DNA of 64,000 nt. It comes from Octopus sinensis. Its lineage: Eukaryota. This document shows, in pieces, positions 48,790 to 62,645 of this stretch. The stretch is taken from assembly GCF_006345805.1 (NCBI RefSeq), contig NC_043013.1, positions 50,778,001-50,842,000 on the forward strand, written 5' to 3'. The notes beneath the pieces are model-generated. The model saw nothing but the letters and a program-made list of their open reading frames with translations, searched no databases and was not told the origin of the DNA. Position 1 is the first letter of the stretch. The number at the start of each line of letters is the position of its first letter. The position numbers and the translations under genes are program-made.

Positions 48790-49005
48790 AATCAGGCATT
48801 GTCACCTCTACCATCCTTCATGCCACTACTACCAATCACCACCACCACCGACAACGGCAACAATAACACTTCCACTGCCACCACCATCCATTACCACTTT
48901 GCCACTACTACCACCACTACCACCAACATTACTACTACCACAATCACCATCACCATCAGCACAATCACCACCACCACAATTACCACCATCACTGACACCA
49001 TGGCC

Positions 49006-49036
<31 letters not shown>

Positions 49037-50018
49037 CCATCACTACCACCAGCATTACTGCCATCACCACCACCTCTACTGCCACCATCACATCCACTAC
49101 CACCAGTCACCACTGCCAACAGCACCACTAACATCACTGCCACCACTCCCACCACCACAACCACCACCATTTCCACCACCACCACTGCCACCACCAACAT
49201 CACTTCCACCACCTCCACCATCACCACCAACAGCACCACTAACATCACTGCCACCCCCCCTTCCCCACCACTGCTGCCACCACCACCACCACCACCACCA
49301 CCATTACCACCACCACCACCACCAACAGCACCATTACCACCACCACCACCACCGCCGCCGCCACCACCACCACTACAACCAGCACCATTACCACCACCAC
49401 CACCACCAGCAACCTCCACCACCACTACCACCACCACCACCAGCACCACCACTACCCACCACCACCACCACTACCACCACCACCACCACCACCACCAAGA
49501 ACAACAACAACAACACTAACCACCACCCCTTCCCCCTCACCCCCCTTCCAATCAGTCGTAATTAGCTCTCACAGTTTCTTCTCATAAACCATTCCTCTTA
49601 CGATTCAGTCGAAAGGATGTGATGTCTTCTATTTCCTCGTTCGTTTAAATTTTTGATTTTAAATTTAATTAATTTCTTTGCGATTACTTTTCCTATCAAG
49701 TGAATTGAAATGTTAATTTAGTTGCTGTTGTTGTTGCTGTTCTTAATTGCAATAACGATGCTGATGATGATGAGGATAGTGATAATAGTATCAAAAATAT
49801 CATCAGAATGTACCACCACCACTGCTACTACTTCCACCACCACCACAACCTACAACAACGACACCACCACCACCACCATCACCACCACCACCAACACCAC
49901 TACAACTACTACTACTACTAATACTACTACTGCTACTACTACCAACAAGAACAACACTGCTACTACTACCACCACCACCACCACAACCACTACCACCACA
50001 ACCACTACCACCACCACA

Positions 50019-50056
<38 letters not shown>

Positions 50057-50591
50057 CAACAACAACAACAACACTGCTACTACTACCGCCACCACAACCA
50101 CCACAACCACCACCACCACCACCACAACCACCACCAACAACACCACCATCACTACTACTACTACTACTACTATTTCAAATAATAATAATAATAATAATAA
50201 TAGTAGTAGTAGAAGGAGGCAAATAATAATAGTCATATGCAAGAATCTATCATCTTCAACTACAGTACAGATGATGATGATGATGATGATAACTGCACTG
50301 CATGCATAGAATTTAATTAAAATAAATAAGTAAAATAAATGATGTGAAAATAAATAAAAGAGAAATAATAATGATGATTATTAAAATAATAATAATAATA
50401 ATAATGATTTATCAAAAATAATTTTCACATCACCAGCAACAACAGCAGATAACGATGATAATAATTATAATATTGATGATGACGATGATAATAATGATGA
50501 TGATGATGATAATAATAATAATAATGATAACCATAATGACAATAATAATGATGATGCTGATGATTATAATAATGATAATAATAGTAATAAT

Positions 50592-50622
<31 letters not shown>

Positions 50623-50870
50623 TAATAATTGTAACAATGATAATAATGATGATTTTGATAATAATAATAATGATAACCATAATGACAATAATAATTATAA
50701 CAATAATAATAATGATGATGATGATTATAACAACAATAATAATAATAATAATAATGATAGATATTACATATATAAAATCTAATTAGAATAATAATATGAT
50801 GATGATGATGATGATGATAATAATAATAATAAGGATAATAATAAGGATAATAATGATAGGTATTACGTAT
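48790..50870. repeat. Three large trinucleotide arrays: (ACC/ACT)n 48790-49520 and 49810-50170, (AAT/GAT)n 50380-50870
   Basis: Directly visible; Pro/Thr/Gly ORFs are repeat translations. Confidence 0.95.
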
Positions 50871-51284
50871 ATAAAATTTAATTAGAATCAATAAATAATT
50901 GATGTTAAATTTACAAAGAGAACACTTGTGTTGGTCTGTATCTTATTGTTTTAAGTTTAGATAAAAATTCTTTTCCCCTGAAAGCATATTAATTATGGAA
51001 TGATATGTTTCCAGGTACACTTTTATTACAATTAATTCTGTGTAATTTGGTAATTGAAGCAGAGTAAGTCTTTGAAATCGGTACGTGTCACCCTGACCTA
51101 CTAATATTTCACCGTGACCCAGTAAATTCTATTACTGCCGTTTGACATTTGCAGCTTTTACGAAAAATCCTCTTTAAATGTGTTCTAAGGATCCTTTTTT
51201 AACCTTGTTAAATATGCTTCAGACTTATTAAGTGAACAAAAAAAACCCAACAAAACAAAACAAAACAGAAAACAAAAAAATTAA

Positions 51285-51516
51285 TAATAATAATAATAAT
51301 CCTTTCTGCTATAGGCACAAGGCCTGAAATTTTGGGGAGTGGGGCGGCCACTCAATTATATTGACCCCAGTATGCAACTGGTACTTAATTTATCGACCTC
51401 GAATGGATGAAAAGCAAAGTTGGCTTTGGCAGAATTTGAACTCAGAATGTTAAGGATGGACGAAATGTTGCAAAGCATTACGCTCGGCATGCTAACAATT
51501 CTGCCAGCTCACCGCC

Positions 51517-51561
<45 letters not shown>

Positions 51562-51625
51562 TAATAATAATAATAATAACAACAACAATAATAATAACAA
51601 TAATAATAATAATAATAATAATAAC

Positions 51626-51693
<68 letters not shown>

Positions 51694-51733
51694 TAATAAT
51701 AATAATAATAATAACAACAACAATAATAATAAC

Positions 51734-51776
<43 letters not shown>

Positions 51777-51984
51777 TTCTTTTTTACTACAGGCGCAAGG
51801 CCTGAAATTTTGAGGGAGGGAGCTACTTGATTTCATCGACCCCAGTATTTGACTGGTACTCGGTTTTATTACCCACAATAGGAAAAAAGGAATTTAAACT
51901 CGAAATGTTAAGACAGATGAATTACCACCGAGCACATTGTCCAGTGTGCTCACGATTCTTTCAGCACCACGCTGCCCTAATAAT

Positions 51985-52019
<35 letters not shown>

Positions 52020-52060
52020 AATAATAATAATAATATAATAATAATAATAATAATAATTAC
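51285..52060 (-). mobile_element. Two family B SINEs separated by a 260-bp (AAT/AAC)n tract
   Basis: Family B blocks at about 51300-51515 and 51780-51975. Confidence 0.8.
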
Positions 52061-52617
52061 GATCCAAAAAGTAGTAAAAATGTAGAAATAAAATATATGC
52101 TGCAGAATAATAAAATGATAAAAAAAAAGGGCCCTCCAAACTAAAAAGTATAAAAAAGCAATTTTCTAAGGAAGCCTGTATCATAGAGTTAAGGCTTCAG
52201 GGGCTATTGTCATTAGCACAAGTATAGCTTTTAACACTGCAGATAATTAATAAGTTAATTAGCTGTTAAGTGTTTCAGAAAAGGTTACATACTTTAGTGA
52301 TGAATAGCTTTCAATGGAGTTTTCTTTTAGGAAACCTATTTACCTTTTTTGCTAGTTTCGTTCTGTTTTTGCATGGATTTTTATTTTTTGTTTTGCCCTT
52401 ATTTTGTTTTGTTTGTTTTTTTTTTTGTTTGTTTTTGCTGTTTATTTCTGGTTATATTTTGGTAAATTGTGAGAATGGTGAGAGCCTCTTTCGAAATTGC
52501 AAGGGAAACAAACTTAGAAGACGATGAGTGTTTTTAAAGTATATAAAAAAATTACTAATTAATGAAGCACTGTGTTGTTCTCAATACGAGAGTGCGCATG
52601 TATGTGTGTGCATGGCA

Positions 52618-52656
<39 letters not shown>

Positions 52657-52787
52657 CATACATGTGTGCTTGTATCTTTGTATGTGTATGTGTATATATA
52701 TATATATATAGATGCATATATTATATGTGTATACCTTTATATATGTATATCTATATATCTTTATATATATATTTATGCGTGTATATA

Positions 52788-52826
<39 letters not shown>

Positions 52827-53306
52827 GTGTGTGTGTATCATTATCATCATCATCATTTAACATCCATGTTCCATGCTGGCGTATATGTGTGTGTGTATAT
52901 GTATGTATGTATATATATATATATATATATCGTTCGTCGTTTAACGTCCGTTCTCCATGCTAGCATATATATATATATATATACGCACATGCACATATAT
53001 ATATATAAATGTGTTCTTACATAATTACTTATCAAGAACTCATTTCTTCTTTTTTCGTGTAGCATTAAAAATTAGCTGCAATTAGCTTCGGAGATTGGAG
53101 AATTTTTCTCAGAATGAAGTGTGATATTCTCTCTTCAGAACTTGTAGCTTAATGATAAAACTGAACCAACAAACACATTATCTTTTCCCTTTAACCACTG
53201 CGACCCTTTTGCTTTCTTTTTTTTTTCATATTTTCTTTTTTGTTTTCAATATCAGTATGCCAAACAGAGTGTGGAACTGATAAACCTCCCCTATATATCT
53301 GTGACT

Positions 53307-53344
<38 letters not shown>

Positions 53345-53348
<4 letters not shown>

Positions 53349-53520
53349 TATAGGGAGAATTCACAAAAAAACAAAAGACGAAGACAGGTGGTGTAGGCAA
53401 CAAACAGATGTATTAGTAGAGTGCTTGGGAAGTGAAAAAGGCTTTAACATTTCAAGCCTATGCTCTTCTACAGAAAAAACAAGGAGAGAAAATAAAGAAT
53501 GTGTAGTGCCTAGTGATCTA
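53345..53520 (-). mobile_element. Family E Penelope-like terminal fragment (decayed hammerhead at 53442-53477)
   Basis: Homologous to 5541-5725; minus strand CUGUAGA A GAGC AUAG GCUU GAAA UGUU AAAG; abuts (TA)n. Confidence 0.55.
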
Positions 53521-54404
53521 TCATTGCAAATTATATATGTGTGTGTGTATATTTATATAAATATATATCTGTTGAAATAATGTGTGACAATTGTTCGGTT
53601 GCCATAATAAGACTCTGAGTTTCAGATGTCAGGGTGGAAACCTGCTCCAGCATCTTGTCAGTTATCGAGGCAATCAAAAAAATGCTATGAAAATGACCAT
53701 TAAACAAAGGGAAATTACTATGTTATTGACCGTTATTAAGACAAAAGAGCTATTAGAATGACTGTTAAATAAGTGGAAAAAACCGAAGGGGAGGAAGTAA
53801 AAAGTAAAGAAATAAAAATGTTCATAGTAATCATGTATGTGCACATGTATATGCATACACATGCGTGCACACACACCCATGTTGTCTTACCATTACTATT
53901 AATACACACACACACACATGCACACACACACTGTAAAGTGGTTGGTATTTGGAAGGGCATCCAGCTGTAAAAACCATGTCAAAACAGACCTTGAAGCCTG
54001 GTGCAGTCTTCTGCCCAGCCAGTTCCTTTCAAACCATCCAACCCATGCTAGCATGGAAAGCTGATGTGAGATGATGAGGATGATGATGAGGATGATGATG
54101 ATGATATGATGATATCATGTGATTGACTAGATTATTGAATGTTTTATATTGTTGGTCACAATGTGCTTTGCATTTTTCCAGCTTTCAAAAGATAAAAGAA
54201 AGAAAACAAAATCAGTGTGTGTGTGTGTGCGTGTTTACTAGTGGCATTATGACCCTCCCAAGACATAACAAAATCTAATCTCTTTATTACAATGAAACAT
54301 AATCCAGTGGGACAAGTAATCACAAATAATGTACTGTTTATGTAAAGAATCTCCAGTCGCCCTGGTTAGTTTACACAATTATTCCAACTCAAAATATACT
54401 TAGG

Positions 54405-54573
54405 TGCAGGAGTGGCTGTGTGGTAAGTAGGTTGCTTAACAACCACATGATTCCATGTTCAGTCCCACTGCGTGGCACCTTGGTCAAGTATCTCCTACTA
54501 TAGCCTCAGGCCGACCAAAGCCTTGTGAGTGGATTTGGTAGACAGAAACTGAAAGAAGCTCGTCCTATATATG

Positions 54574-54608
<35 letters not shown>

Positions 54609-54820
54609 ATGTTTGTGTGTCTGTGTTTGTCCCCCCAACATCACTTGGCAACTGATGCTGGTGTGTTTACGTCCCCGTAACTTAGTGATTTGGCAAAAGA
54701 AAGGGATATAATAAGTACTAGGCTTACAAAGAATAAGTCCTGGGGTCGATTTGCTCAACTAAAGGTGGTGCTCCAGCATGGCTGCAATCAAATGACTGGG
54801 ACAAATAAAAGAATAAAAAG
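54405..54820 (+). mobile_element. Family A SINE
   Basis: GGTGCAGGAGTGGCTGTGTGGTAAGTAG...GACTGGGACAAATAAAAGAATAAAAAG. Confidence 0.85.
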
Positions 54821-55129
54821 AAAGAATTACCATAAAGACATAATTACAAGTTCCTTCCTTGGATCTCTCTAAGCATTCTGCTATTCAAATAAATTTCAAA
54901 GACAAGGTCTGTTTCATGCTGAGTTTTCCATTATATTTTCTGACTGAGATTTTCAAGAATTTCACAGAAACTGGTAAAATTGTGTGCACCTAGTAAACTC
55001 TGTAAAGTGGTTGGCATTAGGAAAGGCATCCAGTCTTAGAAACCATACCAGAACAGACTACTGGAGCTTGGTGCAGCTGGGCAGCTCCTGTAAAAGCGTC
55101 CAACCCATGCCAGCATTAAAAGCAAATGT

Positions 55130-56510
55130 TTGGCAGAATTGGTAGCATGCCAGGCAAACTACTTAGTAGCATTTTATCCATGTTTACGGCTTGAGTTCAA
55201 ATACTGCTGAGGTAGACTTTACTTTTCAACCTTCCAGGATCAATGAAATGAATTGCAGTTAAGCAGTGGCGGGGGTCAATGGAAACAACTTAACCTATTT
55301 CTTTATTACCCACAAGGGGCTAAACACAGAGGGGACAAACAAGGACAGACATAGGTATTAAGTTGATTACATCGATCCCAGTGCGTAACTGATACTTAAT
55401 TAATCGACCCCGAAAGGATGAAAGGAAAAGTCGACCTCGGCAGAATTTGAACTCAGAACGTAACGGCAGAGGAAATACGACTACGCAATTCGTCCGACGT
55501 GCTAACGTTTCTGCCAGCTCGCCGCCTTAACAACTTAACCGCCTGCCCCTCCACTGAAATTGCTGGCCTTGTACCAAAATTTGAAACCATTATTATTATT
55601 ATTATTATCATTATTATTATTATTGTTATTAGTGTTGTTGTTGTTGTTGTTATTCCTTCCACTTGTCTTTATGTTCAGACCTGAAATGCCTCAGAGGTCA
55701 ACTTCGCCTGTCATCCTTTCAGAGTCGAAAAAATTAAATACCAGTTGTACACTGGGGTCGATGTAAATTGACTAGCCCCCTCCTACAACATTTCAGGCTT
55801 TGTACCTATATTGAAAAGGATTCCTATTATCCTTTATAATGAAATTAAGGTGGCAAGCAGGCTGAGTCGTTAGCATGCTAGCCGAACTGCTGAGCGGTAT
55901 TTCGCACATTGCTATGTTCTAAGTTCAAATTCCACCAAGGTCGACACTGCCTTTCATCCCTTTGGAATTGGTAAAATAAGTACCAGTTGTGCACTGAGGT
56001 CGATGTAATTGACTAGCCAACCTCCCACAAAATTTCAGGCTTTGTACCGATATTCGAAAAGATTGCTATTATTATTTATAATGAAATTCACTCTGAGAGT
56101 TTTTATTGTAAGCCAAAACTTATGTCTACTCTTTTACTCTTTTACTGGTTTCAGTCATTTGACTGCGGCCATGCTGAAACACCACCCTTTAGTCGAGCAA
56201 ATCGACCCCGGAACTTATTCTTTGTAAGCCCAGTACTTATTCTATTGGTCTCTTTTGCCGAACCGCTAAATAAACACACCAGCATCGGTTGTCAAGCAAT
56301 GCTAGGGGGACAAACACAGACACACAAACACACATACATATATACAACAGGCTTCTCTCAGTTTCCGTCTACCAAATCCACTCACAAGGCATTGGTTGGC
56401 CCAGGGCTATAGCAGAAGACACTTGCCCAAGATGCCACGCATTGGGACTGAACCTGGAACCATGTGGTTAGTTAGCAAGTTACTTACCACACAGCCACTC
56501 CTGCGCCTGT
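55130..56510. mobile_element. Cluster of family B SINEs in both orientations (55130-56070) plus a minus-strand family A SINE (56128-56510)
   Basis: Family-diagnostic blocks as above. Confidence 0.8.
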
Positions 56511-57054
56511 CTGTTTAATATATCAATATCTTCATTTAAAGAGGCTACCACTGTGTGCAGTTGTAAATACATGAACAATGTTTTTATTATTGATGTAATT
56601 ATGTTGTTCATAAATGGTCCATTATGTCACTCCTTCAGAAGCAATGTGGATATTACTGGAATGCAGAAGGCATCATAGATCACATGCTGTGTTCCATCTT
56701 CCATTACATCTTGTACATCAGCAGCCAGTTTAGTTTCCAGAAGGTGCCGAAAGAGAGACATTTTCAAATGCCCAAAACACAAACACTCCCCTCACAGCAT
56801 GGTTCACACTATATCAAACGGATGACGCAACCAGATAGTATCTTTACACAGAAATTCCTTACTGTTATTTACCATTTTGTCTTTGACAAAGGAACAACTA
56901 CACGAGAACTAAGTATATGTGGAGGACATTCAATAAGTTTAAGAATTTACACAGTATTTCCAAAATAAATGAGATTTCATCTCATTCTTTCATTCATATA
57001 ATGCCATAAATGGTTCCATTATTATTATTATTATCATCATCATCATCATCATTA

Positions 57055-57605
57055 TTATTGAGTGAGAGAGCAGTGCATGGCATCAAAGTGACACTAGAGT
57101 AAAATATGTGAAGCTCAGTATACCCATCATGACTACCCGTCTGATAAGGGTACACCATCATGACTACCCATCTGATAAGGGCATCACAACCATATATACA
57201 TGACATGGTGATCTCATATCAAGATAAACAGCACATGACCTTGCAGGTGGGGCCCAGTTAGAATTTTCTTCAGGTCAAGTAGTCCATCCCACTCAAAAGA
57301 TCCTTGAATAAGGGTTGCTTAAGGATGTTGAAAGAACCACCCATGTTTCCAGAGGTGAATTATTCAAACCCCAAAGAATTGCTCTCAACACACGGCTATG
57401 ATGTTCCCCTACTACTTCTGCTTGAGATCAGAGATGCACATGTTGTTAGCCACTAGGGGACATGGTCAAGCAAATCTGTGGTATTGAGCAGAATATTTGC
57501 TGTAGCCCATCTTTTATACCAAGACAAAACAATGTACGCGATAACACTTCCAATCATTTAAGATCAGAAGCCATGAGAGCCACTGCCTGGTACTGCATCA
57601 GAGCA
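57055..57605. mobile_element. Family D interspersed repeat, near full length, with an internal duplication of about 30 bp
   Basis: Inverse of 16045-16600; CATCATGACTACCC.TCTGATAAGGG occurs twice at about 57125-57182. Confidence 0.85.
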
Positions 57606-57611
57606 TTATTA

Positions 57612-57810
57612 TAATTACCTCCACCTTAGCAAAGGTATTGTTTTCAGTTGTATTTGTTTGTTTGTCCATGGACAAGATATCTCAAAAACCACTGGTTGGA
57701 TTCAGATGAAACTTTCAGGGATGTTTGGCCTTGTGACTGGCATGGTCTCATTTGATTTTGGGATTGATCTGATACCGGACAAGGATTCTGGATTATTTTT
57801 CTCCATTTTC
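57612..57810 (+). mobile_element. 5' part of a HINE-like element
   Basis: Matches 21792-21990. Confidence 0.75.
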
Positions 57811-58130
57811 TTTACTTTACTATATCTAAATATATGTGTATATATATATGTGTGTGTGGGTGTTTGTCCCCACTCACTTGTGCTTGTCCCCCAACCACTT
57901 GATAACCGGTGTTGGTTTGTTCATGTCCCTGTAACTCAGTGTTCAGCAAAAAAAAATAAAAAAGGAAACCAACTGAATGAGTACAGGACTTAGAAAAAAA
58001 AAAGGATACTGGGGTAAATTTGTTCAACTAAAATCTTGGTGGGAGAGCCCCAGCATGGCCATGCCCTATTGACTGTAACAAGTAAAAGATGAAAGATAAA
58101 TATGTATTATTATTGTTGTTGTTGTTGTTG

Positions 58131-58390
58131 TATGGATGAGGACAGCTGTTACAAAGTGCTGAACTCTATCTGTGGAGGGATCCTGTGGAAGATGTAGACC
58201 CAAGAAGACATGGGATGAGGTGGTGAAGCACGATCTTTGAATGTTGGGCTTCATAGAGGCAATGACAGGTGTCATGCTTGAGAAAATCCATCAAGCCAGG
58301 TGTGATTGTAATCATGGCCGATGCCGTTGTTGCGTAACCGGCACATAAAAAGCACCTTTTGAATGTTGGGTGATATGGCTGGATGGAAGC
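58131..58390 (+). mobile_element. RTE 3' end fragment (ORF C-terminus and start of 3' UTR)
   Basis: ATGGATGAGGACAGCTGT...AGACCCAAGAAGACATGGGATGAGGTGGTGAAGCACGATCT is homologous to the reverse complement of about 900-1060. Confidence 0.8.
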
Positions 58391-58394
58391 ACTC

Positions 58395-59345
58395 CATCGG
58401 TTACGACGATGAGGGTTCCGGTTGATCCGAATCAACGGAACAGCCTGCTCGTGAAATTAATATGTAAGTGTCTGAGCACTCCACAGACACGTGTGCCCTT
58501 AACGTAGCTCTCGGGGATATTCAGCGTGACACAGAGAGTGACAAGGCCGGCCCTTTGAAATACAGGTACAACAGAAATAGGAAGTAAGAGTGAGAGAAAG
58601 TTGTGGTGAAAGAGTACAGCAGGGATCACCACCATCCCTGCTAGAGCCTCGTGGGGCTTTAGGTGTTTTCGCTCAATAAACACACACAACGCCCGGTCTG
58701 GGAATCAAAACTGCGATCCTATGACTGCGAGTCTGCTGCCCTAACCACTGGGCCATTGCGCCTCCACATTAGGTGATATGTCATGCTTGAGAAAACTTGT
58801 CAAGCCAAGTGAGATTGTAGATGTGGCCAATGCCTGCACTGTGTAACTGGCACATAAAAAGCACCCACAACATTCTTGGAGTGGTTGGCGTTAGGAAGGG
58901 CATCCAGCCATAGAAACCATTCCAAATCACACTGGAGCCTGGTGCAGCTCCCCAGCTTACTAGTTTTCAGTTGGTTTATTCCTTCTCATGCCATCCCTGG
59001 CTCATAATGGCCGGTTTCCCGATTTCCTTGGCGTATAGGTTCCCCACCTGGACGGGACGCCGGTCCGTCGTAGGTGAGCTGTAAGATGCAGGAGGAAAGA
59101 GTGAGAGAAAGTTGTGGCGAAAGAGTCAGCAGAGGTTCGCCATTACCTTCTGCCGGAGCCGCGTGTGGCTTAGGTGTTTTCGCTCATAAACACACACATT
59201 GCCCAGTCTGAGATTCGAACTCACGAGCCCTCGACCACGAGACCGCTGCCCTAACCACTAGGCCATATGCCTCCACACTAATTTTCAGTGAAACCATCCA
59301 ACCCATGCCAGCATGGAAAATAGACGTTAAATGATGATGATGATT
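58395..59345. mobile_element. Two minus-strand family C SINEs interleaved with RTE 3'-UTR-like sequence
   Basis: Family C blocks at about 58395-58770 and 59020-59275; GGCACATAAAAAGCACC and GGTTGGCGTTAGGAAGGGCATCCAGC then a (GAT)n tail. The same tail recurs at about 23700, 26665, 29680, 42485, 45150, 53935 and 60420. Confidence 0.7.
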
Positions 59346-60180
59346 ATTGTTGTTGTCTGTCCACATTGACAAACATCCATTCCCTATCAGTCCAGATCTA
59401 TGTTTGTCTTTTGTCAAAATACTTCTCCAATAATTTACAAACTGTCGTTGCTTACACTTGATCACAAAAAAAAAACATTAAAAAAAAAGACTCACTCTCA
59501 ATTAAGACAAGTTGTGTATCACAAAGATAAGTTGATGACAGATTTCATTTAGTGCCACAATTTTAAAAATGTGATAATTCTTTGTTGTCAGTGACCCCTT
59601 TTTTTCTTTTGTTTTTTTTTTCTTTCTTTCCCTTTATTTTTTTCTTCATTTTCTTTACAGTATTTCTTCTGAATTGTAGTTTTATTTTGCGATTCTAAAA
59701 ACATTTTTTTCTTCATCCAGTTTACTCTCACACCCTCCTCATCATCTCCCTACCTCGCTTTTCCATGCAGTTCCCTAAACTTATCTCTCCCCTAACATCA
59801 CTCATTATGTTTTGCTTTATTTTTTTTTTCTTTAAGTAATCACAAACTCTTGGCATGGATAAATCATTATCGTTTATTTGTGTAGCTAAATAAATTTCAA
59901 TTTACTTTAAAAAATTTGACCCTTATCAACAATGTCCTTAGGGACCAATTAGTTAATATTCTTTCTCTTTTTGGCACTTTTCATCTTCTGCAATCCCTAA
60001 CTTTTTTTCCTTTATCATCCTTAATCAATGTATCATTGTCAAGGAACCAGAAAAGAGACTTTTTTTGGTAATGCCATGTTTGGCACTGCCAGTGTGGCAT
60101 CACTCATTTGATACTGTCCTTTTGGCACCACACAGTTTAATATTTCTCTCATTTTAGTCTTTCTTGGTTTCTCTCTCTCC

Positions 60181-60310
60181 TTCTCTCCCTCTCTCTCTTT
60201 GTCTTTCCCTCTCTCTCTTTGTCTCTCCCTCTCTCTCTTTGTCTCTCCCTCTCTCTCTTTGTCTCTCCCTCTCTCTCTTTGTCTCTCCCTCTCTCTCTTT
60301 GTCGCTCCCC
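60181..60310. repeat. 20-bp minisatellite (GTCTCTCCCTCTCTCTCTTT), about 6 copies
   Basis: Directly visible. Confidence 0.95.
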
Positions 60311-61324
60311 TCTTCCTCCTTCTTCCCCACTATTTCTGGTACCATATTAGAAGCACTCATCTTGGTGCCATATTAGAAGAACTTATCCTAGTGCTGCACT
60401 AAATGCACTAGTACTGGTGGCACATAAGAAGCACCGAGTACACTCTGTAAAGATGCTGGCTTTATGAAGAGCATCCAGCCATAGACACTACACCAGCACA
60501 GATAATGTAGCCTGGTGAGGCCTTCAGCCTTGCCAGCTCTGATCAAACCATCCAACACATGCCAGCATGGAAAATGGACGTTTAAAGATGATGATGATAA
60601 TAATAATAATGATGATGATAATGATGGTGATGGACCCTGAAAACACATCTGACCCATGCCAGCATGAAATGTAGACATAAAATAACGAGAAGAGATACTG
60701 TGTAGCAATTTACTCCAGAACTTCGAAGAATCAACTTCGGCTTTGCCTTCTCTCACTCGTTAATACAAAAAATACCAGTCATACACTGGGGTTGGTTTAA
60801 TTGCCTACATTCTGTTTATCTAAAATACTTGTCCTTTTAACAATGTTGAAAAATCTTTACTATTAATTTTATTCTTTGCTTCGGTGATTGCCCTGTAAAA
60901 TATAATACCCTTAATAGCAAATTCTATAAAAATGCAGTCAGTTTTCCATTGGTGTTCTACCCGCTGTAAACAGTTTCTCTACATCCACCCCATTGTAGGT
61001 GGATACCCTGGTTGACAGATTAATGACAGTTGAACACTGCACATTATCGGGTTCCCTTTATTTCCCATAATACTTCAAATAGTTTTCGCTTCTGTTCTCT
61101 GAGACTAACATGTGTGTTCCACTAATGTCACAATGTTCTTTGACTTCCTGAATCAAACACCACTGGGAGAAACAGGGCTTTCCTCGTCCCCACCACCTCC
61201 ACCACTCTCCCTCTCTCTCACCTCTCCCCCTTTTCCCCACTTTCTCTTTCTCTACCCTCTTCTCCACTCACTTCCTTACTTTATTTCTTGTCTCTTTCTT
61301 ACTCCTTCCTAACCACCCTTTGTC

Positions 61325-61359
<35 letters not shown>

Positions 61360-61469
61360 TTATGCATGCGTGTATGTATGTGTGTGTGTGTGTGTATATT
61401 TATGCATGCGTGTATGTATGTGTGTGTGTGTGTATATTTATGCATGCGTGTATGTATGTGTGTGTGTTC

Positions 61470-61515
<46 letters not shown>

Positions 61516-62645
61516 AATTAAATAATAAGGGTAGAAATTGATATTAATTAATTAAAACCAGTGGCTTAGCATGTTTAAAAATCCAAAGACTAAAAATTGT
61601 GTTACATACAAAATTAAGAGGAATGACGACTAAAGTGGACAGCCTATATGCTAAACATAGGTGTCAAATTGCCATTACTTAATTTCAATTCTAAATTTCT
61701 AATTCTGCTTCCTGTTTAGACAATTGTCTTCCGTCTAATAGCTGCGATCATTAGAGGGATCACATGTGTTTGAAATGCAGTGAGGGCCATGTGTGTTTGG
61801 AAGCAGAGTTCTTCAACAAGAATATAGCAAGAGAAGGCAGAACCTCTGAGTAAAAACTGTCTCAGATCACAACCACCTGAGCAATCCATGCTGGTATGGA
61901 AAATGGACATAAAAATGATCACGGTGGTGGTGGTGGTGGTGGTGATGTTGAAGGTGATGCTGACGATTATGGTGATAAGAACGTGATTTTTGGGGCTGGT
62001 AGTATTGGTGATGATGATGATGATGTTGATTGTGATGGTGTTGTTTGTGAAGGTGATAGTGTTAATGGTGGTCATGATGATGCTGATGATGATGAACATG
62101 ATGTTGGTGGTAGTGCTGGTGAAGATGATGATGATGATGATGGTGCTGCTGGTGGTACTGGTGGAGATGATAATGGTGGTGCTAGTGGTGATGATGTAAT
62201 GAATAAGATTCTGCACAGTTTCCTTTGGTGAACTTCCATTCACAGTGCATTTACTTACTTGTCCTTGTGGTGGCATTCCCCTGGGGCAGATTGAGCCAGC
62301 TTTGACCAACAAGTTCACCATGTCCCTCATGAATGCTGACCACATCCAATGACTGGCTGCAGTCAAGGCTGTAAAGGATAACAAATGTTTCACTGGGAGA
62401 GCAAGCATGCTGGGGAGCATAGATACTATAGCTGTAGTTCCCATTGGCTGGTGAGGTGTTGAGTTAATGTTTTGGGTTTCAGTATGAAAATACATGTTCA
62501 CATGTGGTCCCCAGTCACATGCATACACACTTTGTGGTAGTGTGATCTTGCTGTCAATTGCCAACCATCGCAGGGGCACTGACCAAGCCACCACCAATTA
62601 TTGGAGCAGAACTAGCCTGAAATTGAAGTAGGTTCTGGAGACATG

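Noticed and set aside
53070-53141. Minus-strand CTGAAGA GAGA...TCTCC GAAG CTAATTG hammerhead-like motif
   Set aside because: Extra base before the GAAR, A>G in the core, no NUH site and no stem I; at best a heavily decayed relative.
8081-59275. tRNA-like A/B boxes in many repeats
   Set aside because: They are SINE heads fused to repeat bodies and do not fold into complete cloverleaves, so they are not called tRNA genes.
59580-60130. Lys/Glu-rich minus-strand readings (e.g. FLDNDTLIKDDKGKKLGIAEDEK)
   Set aside because: Explained by purine-rich low complexity; frames are short and broken.
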